A DNA stretch of 64,000 bases, taken from contig CAWHDP010000002.1 of NCBI GenBank assembly GCA_963828125.1, positions 1,504,001 to 1,568,000 on the forward strand. The letters are read 5' to 3'. Positions 20,429 through 27,972 of the stretch are shown here, piece after piece. The DNA comes from an uncultured Chlamydiae bacterium. GTDB taxonomy: Bacteria; Chlamydiota; Chlamydiia; Chlamydiales; SM23-39. The notes beneath the pieces are model-generated. The model was not told where the DNA came from. It worked only from the letters and a program-made list of their open reading frames with translations, and did not search any database. How positions within the stretch are numbered: the stretch's first letter is position 1; the number at the start of each line of letters is the position of its first letter. The translations under genes were made by a program, and so were the position numbers.

Positions 20429-20547
20429 TGATGAAGGTCTGATGGATCAAAGTGCATAGCCAAAACAACAGAGCATGAGCATATCTTTAGATAGAACATA
20501 AAATCTTTATATGAAATCATGTCCACTTACTTTACAGGAGGTGGGCT

Positions 20548-20775
20548 ATGGGTAAATTTATAGGACTGAACGATCAAGAATGGGCTGTTGTAGAGCCATT
20601 CATACCCTATAAATGGGGGATTACTTTCAGAGGTAAGCAACCGCTGTTAAAAAAAAATCAGCGGATGGTTAAAACCAATTATTTCCCAAAAGGATGAAAT
20701 ATTGGGAAGGTTTTCTAGGGATGGGTATTTTGCTCTACTGGATACGAGAACTCATTAAATGGGGAGTTTGTGGAG
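20548..20775 (+). pseudogene. Internally deleted IS5-family transposase
   Basis: Near-identical to 53964-54061 joined to 54436-54479; followed by RMKYWEGFLGMGILLYWIREL, which resembles an IS5 C-terminus. Confidence 0.8.
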
Positions 20776-20904
20776 AAGGGACAAGAACAGTTGCTATGCT
20801 CATTTCTAAATAAGCGCCCCCCAAGGGACCTCTCCCCTTGAAAAGGGCGAACACTCCGGTTAAAAGATGTTTTAACTAGAAACAAACCAACCGGAGGTCC
20901 GCTT

Positions 20905-22005
20905 ATGAGGAACTATACAAACAAAACTGTTTATTTGGGAATGGACGTGCATAAAAAAACTTACGCCGTGACTGCAATTTGTGATGGTCAGGTCGTGAAG
21001 AAAGACACCTTAAAAGCAGACCCTGCCATTTTGGTAGCTTACTGCAAAAAATATTTTATTGGAGCCAAAATCGAGAGCGCTTATGAAGCTGGGTTTTGCG
21101 GCTTTTATTTACATCGATGTTTAAAAGCGCAGGGCATTACAAATATAGTGGTAGACGCAGCTGGAATGGAGGTTGCTGTCGGAGATCGAGTAAAAACAGA
21201 TAAACGAGACTCTCTGAAATTAGCCACTCATCTTTCAGTCGGAAGGTTGCGTGGAATACGCGTTCCTTCGGTCGAGCGCGAGGACTATAGGGCTGTAACA
21301 CGACTACGAGAAACCTTTACTCGGCAACGATCACGTTTTGCTTGCCAGTTAAAATCATTGCTTTTTCAACACGGCTTGATTCGCGCTGATGACAAGAAAA
21401 AAATCTCCGAAAAGTGGGCAAAAGTTCTCGAGACAATGCCACTATCTGCAGGGCTAAAATTTGCTATTGCAAATTATCTCGCCCAATGGCGCCAAATGAC
21501 CGCAAAAATCAAGGAAATAAATCGGGAACTGGCTGTTCAAGCACAGAAAGATGGGGCTATAGAGGCGATTTACAGGAGCGTTCCAGGAATAGGAGAGGTG
21601 TCCGCTCGAGTTTTGGCCAATGAGCTTGAAGACACTTTACAATTTAGCAATGAGAAAACACTCTTTAGCTATACGGGACTTACTCCGAGCGAATACTCAT
21701 CTGGCGAACACGTTCGCCAAGGCCATATTACTCGGCACGGGAAACCTATTTTGCGAAAAATATTGGTACAGACAGCTTGGAAAGCGATTGGCATAGACTC
21801 TTCTCTCGAAGAAATTTTTCTGAGGCTTTCAACCAGAATTGGAAAGAAAAGGGCGATTATAGGCATAGCAAGGCGATTGATTGGTCGCATCCACGCTTGT
21901 TTTAGAACGGGCGAATTGTATCGTATCCCATCAACTAAAAATGGAAAAGCAGAAGAGAAAAGCGTGGCTGTCCAAGAATCTCAGCTGGCTAACGTGACTC
22001 CGTAA
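20905..22005 (+). CDS. IS110-family transposase/recombinase
   Basis: GMDVHK, YEAGFCG, KTDKRDS (DEDD); SVPGIG, GLTPSEYSSG. Confidence 0.95.
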   Translation: MRNYTNKTVYLGMDVHKKTYAVTAICDGQVVKKDTLKADPAILVAYCKKYFIGAKIESAYEAGFCGFYLHRCLKAQGITNIVVDAAGMEVAVGDRVKTDKRDSLKLATHLSVGRLRGIRVPSVEREDYRAVTRLRETFTRQRSRFACQLKSLLFQHGLIRADDKKKISEKWAKVLETMPLSAGLKFAIANYLAQWRQMTAKIKEINRELAVQAQKDGAIEAIYRSVPGIGEVSARVLANELEDTLQFSNEKTLFSYTGLTPSEYSSGEHVRQGHITRHGKPILRKILVQTAWKAIGIDSSLEEIFLRLSTRIGKKRAIIGIARRLIGRIHACFRTGELYRIPSTKNGKAEEKSVAVQESQLANVTP

Positions 22006-22373
22006 ATTGCGAAGAGCAATTTACTCCGCTTTGCTCTCGAGGAAAAAAATGTAATTGAACTCTTGCCAACGAGAGACTAAAAAGTTAAACAAGGTAGTAC
22101 AGACAAAATAGTAAATTAAGGCAATGTCCGTAAAGCCGATTTGATGAAGTTTGGGGTGACCTTGTGCAATATCCTTGTGGCCATGCAAATGGACCACGCA
22201 GAACAGTTCAGGGCGCCCCGTTTTTTAATGTTCGAATAAACAACTTGGGCGCGCACTTACGGGTGTGACCTCGAATAGCAGGTTGGTCTTAAATTTTTTT
22301 TAAAGGCCGAAATAACGAACAGCATCAAACGGTCGAGTAGGACAAAACAACTGGAGAAGTCTTATGACTTGAC
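22006..22373 (+). ncRNA. Putative IS110 bridge/seek RNA region
   Basis: ~370-bp ORF-free region between the transposase stop and the right IR; boundaries are inferred from family knowledge only. Confidence 0.5.
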
Positions 22374-22427
22374 GAAATGACATAGCAGGCTATTACCAGC
22401 AAGATACGCGCTGCGCAAACCAGGGCC

Positions 22428-23372
22428 ATGGTGGCAGTCAATCGTGAGCTAATTGACGTCTATAGAGACATTGGCAAGACGATTCATGAACAACAGCAAA
22501 CGGCTGAATGGGGATCATCAGTAGTCGAGCAGTTAGCGAAGGATCTAAAAAAATCTTTTGTAGGCATGAGGGGTTTTTCTTCTCGTAACCTATGGAATAT
22601 GAGGGACTTCTATCTTTCCTATGCCGATAACCAAAAACTGCAGGCAATGACTGCAGAAATTAGCTGGACCCACAATGTGGTCGTATTTGAGAAGTGTAAA
22701 GACCCTTTGCAAAGAGAATTTTACATCAGGATGTCCAAAAGGAATGGTTGGACGTATCGGGTGCTAATGAATCAGATTAGCAATCGTCTGTATGAACGAA
22801 CATTGGCCAACCAAACGAATTTTGACAAAAATCTGCCAGAGACGATGCGCTCGGAAGCGAAGCTCGCCGTAAAGGACGAATATATTTTTGGATTCGTAGA
22901 CTTGGGAGATGAGTATGATGAGCGCGAGCTAGAAAAAGCTCTCATTGGCAATATTGAAGGTTTTTTAAGAGAAGCTGGTGGAGTTTATGCGTTCATGGGG
23001 TCTCAATATCGTTTAGAGGTTGGAAACAAGGAATTTCTGATCGACATTTTGCTATACCACAGGAAGCTCAAATCTCTCGTGGCAATCGAGCTAAAAGTGG
23101 GAGAGTTTGTCCCAGAATTCATGGGGAAAATGCAATTTTATCTCACTGTGCTTGATGACAAGGTAAGAATGAAAGATGAAAATCCCTCGATAGGGATCAT
23201 TCTATGCAAAGAGAAAGATCGAACGATTGTTGAGTATGCCTTGAAGGAGGCTAACAAGCCGATAGGAGTTGCAACGTACCAAATGTTCAGAGAGCTGCCG
23301 AAAGAGCTGAAAAACGAGTTGCCATCCCCTGAACAGATTGCGCTGTTGCTTGAGCACATAGCTATGAAATAG
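22428..23372 (+). CDS. YhcG/DUF1016 PD-(D/E)XK nuclease-like protein, original N-terminus clipped
   Basis: GFSSRNLWNMR.FY, ISWTHN, KDEY, IDILLYHR.L...VAIELK, GKMQFYL; homology extends upstream to 22386 (QAITSKIRAAQTRA). Confidence 0.88.
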   Translation: MVAVNRELIDVYRDIGKTIHEQQQTAEWGSSVVEQLAKDLKKSFVGMRGFSSRNLWNMRDFYLSYADNQKLQAMTAEISWTHNVVVFEKCKDPLQREFYIRMSKRNGWTYRVLMNQISNRLYERTLANQTNFDKNLPETMRSEAKLAVKDEYIFGFVDLGDEYDERELEKALIGNIEGFLREAGGVYAFMGSQYRLEVGNKEFLIDILLYHRKLKSLVAIELKVGEFVPEFMGKMQFYLTVLDDKVRMKDENPSIGIILCKEKDRTIVEYALKEANKPIGVATYQMFRELPKELKNELPSPEQIALLLEHIAMK

Positions 23373-23414
23373 AAAAAGTGCAGACAGTGTCTGCACAAAT
23401 TAACTGGTCTCACT

Positions 23415-24842
23415 ATGAGTAGATTAAAATTGAATGAAACATCCATTGTTGATTGCTTAACCACCGATTACGGTATCGCAGTTACTGCGCTTACGCTTCT
23501 TCCAATAGGTGCGGATATGCATGCGTCCGTATACAAAGCTGAGACGCGTGAGGGATCATCCTATTTCGTAAAGTTAAAACGTGGCCATCACTACGATATC
23601 AGTGTTACAATATTAGCGTTGTTGCAGGCGTCAGGAATTCAACGGATTATTCCACCGATCAAAACAATCCATGACGAGCTTACCCAGCGCATCGACGACT
23701 TTACACTTATCGTATATCCATTTATCGAGGGACAGAACGGGTTTTGCTATGATTTAACTGATGATCAATGGGTTACTCTGGGCATAGTGTTGAGGCAAGT
23801 GCATGGATTTAATGTACCGCCATCAATCAAAGATCGAATCAGAAAAGAAACCTATTCGCCCAAATGGCGAGAAGCTGTTCGATTGCTCGATGCTCATATT
23901 GATGGAAACATGACAGGTGATGGAACAGCTTTGGAGTTACAAGCGTTTATGAGGGCGCATAGGCCAGTCATTCATCGGCTGGTGGATCGTGCTGAGTCTT
24001 TAAGTCAAAAGGTCGAAGAACAATCGCCTGAATTCGTTCTGTGCCATTCGGATATTCACGGTGGCAACGTGTTGATCGATGAAAGCGGCTCCATCTTCAT
24101 AGTGGATTGGGACGACCCCATTATGGCTCCCAAAGAACGCGATCTCATGTTTATTGGCGGAGGGGTGGCGAATGTCTGGAATAATCCACATGAGGAAGTC
24201 TGTTTTTATAAAGGGTACGGAAAGACTGAGATCAATAGGCTGATTCTAGCCTATTACCGACATGAGCGAATCGTGGAAGATATTGCAGAATACGGCCAGG
24301 CATTGCTTTTGACAACGGCCGGAGGTAAAGACCGACTAGAGATATACAAACAATTTAGGGGGATGTTTGAACCAAATGGTGTGATAGACATAGCATTCAA
24401 AACTGACCTTCGAGGCCATCTGATCTCCTCCGAAAAAGAGAAAAAAGCAGCTCTTGATTTTAGACAAAAACACTTCTTCGATCAGCGTGGATTCAAAGAC
24501 CCTTATGCTTGGACTTTGGGTGAAAAAGATCATCTTCATTGGCTCTTATATGATGGAGATAAAGTGATTGGGTATGCCCATGTGCAAATATGGCCAGAGC
24601 ATAGAGCAGCCCTTCGTATCATAGTCATCGATGAGCAAAAGCGCGGAAGTGGCATGGGAAAATACTTGATGGATCATTGCGAGGGGGCAGTCAAAAAACA
24701 GGGAGTAGTACTTCTTCAAACGGAAGCCTCGCCAAATGCCTATCTCTTTTATAAAAGGCTTGGCTACACAGAAATGCCATTCAATAATCCAGACGGAGAA
24801 CCCACCCATCCGGATGATCGAGCAATGGGGAAATATTTATGA
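23415..24842 (+). CDS. APH(9)-like (spectinomycin) phosphotransferase fused to a GNAT acetyltransferase
   Basis: YFVKLK, YSPKWRE, LCHSDIHGGN, DWDDP..APKERDLMFIGGG, YYRHERIVEDI; C-terminal IVIDEQKRGSGMGKYLM...FYKRLGY. Confidence 0.88.
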   Translation: MSRLKLNETSIVDCLTTDYGIAVTALTLLPIGADMHASVYKAETREGSSYFVKLKRGHHYDISVTILALLQASGIQRIIPPIKTIHDELTQRIDDFTLIVYPFIEGQNGFCYDLTDDQWVTLGIVLRQVHGFNVPPSIKDRIRKETYSPKWREAVRLLDAHIDGNMTGDGTALELQAFMRAHRPVIHRLVDRAESLSQKVEEQSPEFVLCHSDIHGGNVLIDESGSIFIVDWDDPIMAPKERDLMFIGGGVANVWNNPHEEVCFYKGYGKTEINRLILAYYRHERIVEDIAEYGQALLLTTAGGKDRLEIYKQFRGMFEPNGVIDIAFKTDLRGHLISSEKEKKAALDFRQKHFFDQRGFKDPYAWTLGEKDHLHWLLYDGDKVIGYAHVQIWPEHRAALRIIVIDEQKRGSGMGKYLMDHCEGAVKKQGVVLLQTEASPNAYLFYKRLGYTEMPFNNPDGEPTHPDDRAMGKYL

Positions 24843-25495
24843 ATCCAATGAGCTCTCGGGCTAGAAAATTTGTTTCCTACTATAAACCTTACCTAAGACT
24901 TTTCACTGCAGATATGGCTTGTGCAGCCATTTCTTCCGTAGCCCTACTTGCCATCCCACTATGTGTCCGATACATTACGGCAAATTTGCTAGAGGTTGGG
25001 TCAGAAAATGCTCTCCATCAAATCTACATGATGGGAGGCCTCATGCTCGGTTTGATCGCTATTTTTGCAGCATGCCGCGCATTTATTGACTATCAAGGAC
25101 ATATCATGGGTGCCTTGATGGAAAGAGATATGCGGAGTGAACTATTTGAGCATTATCAAAGACTCTCTTTCAAATTTTATGATGAGCACAAAACAGGTCA
25201 GCTCATGACCAGGATTTCTCATGATACATTTGATCTTGCAGAACTCTATCATCATGGCCCAGAGGATGTTGTCATTTCTCTTTTGAACTTCATCGGTGCA
25301 TTTGTCATCTTAGTCAATATCAATGTCAAATTGGCCTTTATCGCCTTTCTTTTTGTCCCTGTCATGGGAGTTTATGGATTTTATACAGCCAAGAAGATGT
25401 ACGCTGCATTAAAGCAGAGCAGCGACAAAATCGGTGATATCAATGCGCAAGTAGAAGACTCCCTTGCGGGCATCAGAGGGCAGTGGTTTCGTTGA
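24839..25495 (+). pseudogene. Truncated ABC exporter (membrane domain only)
   Basis: LSFKFYD..KTGQLMTRI, ELYHHGPED, VEDSLAGIR, then an abrupt end with no NBD. Confidence 0.85.
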
Positions 25496-25570
25496 ATCGA
25501 TTTATCGCAATGCCCTAGTGATTGCACTCAATGACAGTCGGCTAGAAATTTCAAAGGAAGTTGGAATACA
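25479..25570 (+). pseudogene. GxxExxY-family protein fragment
   Basis: GSGFVESIYRNALVIALNDSRLEISKEVGI starts at the point where ABC homology stops. Confidence 0.65.
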
Positions 25571-25768
25571 GAAGAGCCTATCATCCTACTCATCATGCCA
25601 CGTGTGATCATGCAGATCCTGTTCCTTTTTGAGGACACAAGCCGCTGTGCGCGGCTAAAGGATTCCAATCATGCTCACTTTAGTAAGTAACTGAAGATAG
25701 GTTCATGCTACAGAAATAAATTTTTAATAGAAGAAAGTGATCCGTGTCCGATCCCGTCGTGCCCTTGC

Positions 25769-25799
25769 CCAGTTCAGGCCCCGAAGGGGACTGAACTTT
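25769..25799 (-). repeat. REP-like hairpin, family B (possible terminator for the asnB-like gene)
   Basis: Minus strand AAAGTTCAGTCCCCTTCGGGGCCTGAACTGG with a cUUCGg loop, 20 bp after the stop. Confidence 0.75.
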
Positions 25800-25819
25800 A
25801 CCCCTCCAGAATGAACATT

Positions 25820-27700
25820 TCAAATAAACGTTTTCCACCAAAGGGCTAAATTGAAAAGGTACCAGATTTGGGGCGCATGCCCTTGGTCGCAATACCGGAT
25901 GACTTCGTTTGGATCTAAAAAATCGGTCTGAGCGGAGAACGCTTTGAGTTCTTCGCGCATCCGGACTCCCAATTTGTCATTGAGCCATTCGTAGACGGGG
26001 ACGCCGAATCCCTGCTTAGGTCTATCGATGAGTTCATCGGGAATAATGCCGCGGACTGCTTTTTTCAAAATGTATTTGCTGATCCCGTTTTTGGTTTTCA
26101 TCGATTGGGGAATACTCATGGCCAGTTCAACAAATTTATGGTCAAGAAACGGGACGCGCCCTTCTAGAGAGACTCCCATGCTCATCTTGTCGACCCGCAT
26201 CAGCAGCAGCTCAGGCAGTCTCAAATTCAAGTCGGCATAACTCATCCAATTCAATGGCGATTTTTCCCACGCCTTCTCCTGAAAGCGTTGATAGGTGGGA
26301 CGAATGGCCTCCCAGGAGGTGAGCCCTTTGAGCTTTTCGCGGAGCCGCGGAGAGAGGAGCCGCTGTTTTTGGGCTTCGGTGAACGATTCGGCGCCACTCC
26401 AAAAAATCGGTTGATCGAGCGATCCGCGCCGGAGCCGCTCATAGTGCATCGATGTGTTTTTGCCAAGGGCGCGGATGCCGACAAGTCCAAGTCTTTTGAT
26501 AAAATTGGGGACCGGAAGGTTGTCCATATTCTGCAATGTGAGAGCTGTTTTCCAGCTCGGATAGCCCCAGAAGAGTTCGTCTGCCCCTTCGCCGACTTGG
26601 GCGACGACGATCCCGTTGTCGCGGGCGAGCTTCGAGACGTAATAGACGGGAACGCAGACGGGATCGGCGATCGGTTCATCTTGAAGGTGGATCATTTGGG
26701 GAAGAAAGTCAAGGAGATCGTCGACGTTCAGGAGCCGTTCATGATAAATGGCGCCCACCTCGCTGGCCATCCGCTTGGCAAAGTGGAGTTCGTTTTGATA
26801 GGAGCTGTGGTTCCCCTGATAGCCAATGCTGAAGGTTTTAACAATGTCCCCTTCGGAAAAAAGGGCTGCGTTCGTACTCGAATCGATGCCGCCGGAGAGA
26901 AACACTCCGACGGGAACGTCGCTTATTTTCCGCAGTTTAACCGACGTCCTCAGTTCAGCGAGAATCTTGGCTGCGACCTCTTCTTCAGAGGCGTCTTCGA
27001 GCGGCTGGGTGTGATCCCATACGTCCCAATATCGCTTTTCTTGGCAGGAGCCGTCTTCGCGGATCCGGAGCCAGGTGGCGGGGGGAAGTTTTTGAATGCC
27101 GTCGAAAAGGGTTTGCGGGGCTGGGGTCGTGAGAAAGGAGAGGTAGTGATAAAGGGCCTCTTCATGGACAGCCCGCTTTTGGTCGGGGTCTTTGAGCAAC
27201 GCTTTAATTTCGGAGGCAAAGGTGACCCGGCCGTTGTGGATGCTATAGTACAGCGGTTTCACGCCGATCCGGTCGCGGACGAGCCAGAGTTCCCGCTTTT
27301 TGCCGTCCCAGAGGGCGATCGCGAACATTCCACGAAAACGGTGGATGCAGTCGATCCCCCACTCCTCGAAAGCGTGGAGGATGACTTCGGTATCAGAATG
27401 GTCGGTTTTCCATCGATAGCGGGGAAGTTCTTTTCGGATATCGGCGTGGTTGTAGATCTCGCCGTTAAAAACGAGCTGGAGGCTCTCGTCATTGTTGGAC
27501 ATGGGTTGGTTCGCGGCGGCGGAGAGGTCTAGAATGGATAGGCGCCGAAAGCCAAGGCCGATTTTTCCATCGTCCGCAATCCAAATCCCTTCACCGTCGG
27601 GCCCCCGGTGCTTGATCGTATCGGTCATCGCCTGAATCAGGGGACGTCCGATCCGGTATCCGCTCTCTTTGAAAACCAGAACTCCTGTCAGTCCACACAT
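25820..27700 (-). CDS. asnB: Asparagine synthase (glutamine-hydrolysing) family amidotransferase
   Basis: MCGL, HRGPD, NGEIYN, LSGGIDS, GEGADELF, RVPFLD; polysaccharide-locus context. Confidence 0.93.
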   Translation of the reverse strand: MCGLTGVLVFKESGYRIGRPLIQAMTDTIKHRGPDGEGIWIADDGKIGLGFRRLSILDLSAAANQPMSNNDESLQLVFNGEIYNHADIRKELPRYRWKTDHSDTEVILHAFEEWGIDCIHRFRGMFAIALWDGKKRELWLVRDRIGVKPLYYSIHNGRVTFASEIKALLKDPDQKRAVHEEALYHYLSFLTTPAPQTLFDGIQKLPPATWLRIREDGSCQEKRYWDVWDHTQPLEDASEEEVAAKILAELRTSVKLRKISDVPVGVFLSGGIDSSTNAALFSEGDIVKTFSIGYQGNHSSYQNELHFAKRMASEVGAIYHERLLNVDDLLDFLPQMIHLQDEPIADPVCVPVYYVSKLARDNGIVVAQVGEGADELFWGYPSWKTALTLQNMDNLPVPNFIKRLGLVGIRALGKNTSMHYERLRRGSLDQPIFWSGAESFTEAQKQRLLSPRLREKLKGLTSWEAIRPTYQRFQEKAWEKSPLNWMSYADLNLRLPELLLMRVDKMSMGVSLEGRVPFLDHKFVELAMSIPQSMKTKNGISKYILKKAVRGIIPDELIDRPKQGFGVPVYEWLNDKLGVRMREELKAFSAQTDFLDPNEVIRYCDQGHAPQIWYLFNLALWWKTFI

Positions 27701-27804
27701 AATTTTCCTTAATGTAAAGCTGCTTTAAAATATGGGGCGACTTAGGATCGTCGATCCCCAGGGCTTTGGCGTGGATCCAAAGCCAAGTTATTGACCGCAG
27801 GTGC

Positions 27805-27972
27805 TATACTGCGGCCACCCCAAAAGTGTGAATTTGGGCAGCGTCAAAGCGGCCAACAAATCGACGATCCTAACGTGCCTAGTATTAAACCAATACAAGG
27901 CACGTTACGATCCTCGATTTTTGGCGCTTTCACGCTTGCCCAAATTCACACTTTTGGGGTGGTCGCAGTATA
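27805..27972. repeat. Palindromic element family A, 168-bp full-length form
   Basis: End-to-end imperfect palindrome TATACTGCGGCCACCCCAAAAGTGTGAATTTGGGCA...TGCCCAAATTCACACTTTTGGGGTGGTCGCAGTATA. Confidence 0.92.

Larger units (their letters stand above)
20792..22387 (+). mobile_element. IS110-family element (IS1111-like architecture)
   Basis: Subterminal IRs TGCTATGCTCATTTC (20792) and GAAATGACATAGCA (22374); long 3' non-coding end; TTGACG -35 near the right end. Confidence 0.8.
20477..25704. mobile_element. Cargo element bounded by IS5-type imperfect inverted repeats
   Basis: Left end GAGCATATCTTTAGATA and right end TAACTGAAGATAGGTTC are both identical to the ends of the 53893-54565 element; AT flanks both sides. 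Confidence 0.7.

Noticed and set aside
20168..20526. N-terminal extension of glmU and a 75-aa ORF
   Set aside because: They run through the motif-rich non-coding region and the IS end; no protein-like features.
20475..20803. 9-bp IR ATGAGCATA/TATGCTCAT as the ends of a 330-bp MITE
   Set aside because: The right copy coincides with the IS110 subterminal IR, and the 53893 element shows a different right end; probably coincidental, but not excluded.
26288..27532. 414-aa plus-strand ORF
   Set aside because: Antisense shadow of the asnB-like gene with no motifs; the same applies to 35745-36578 and 47575-48207.
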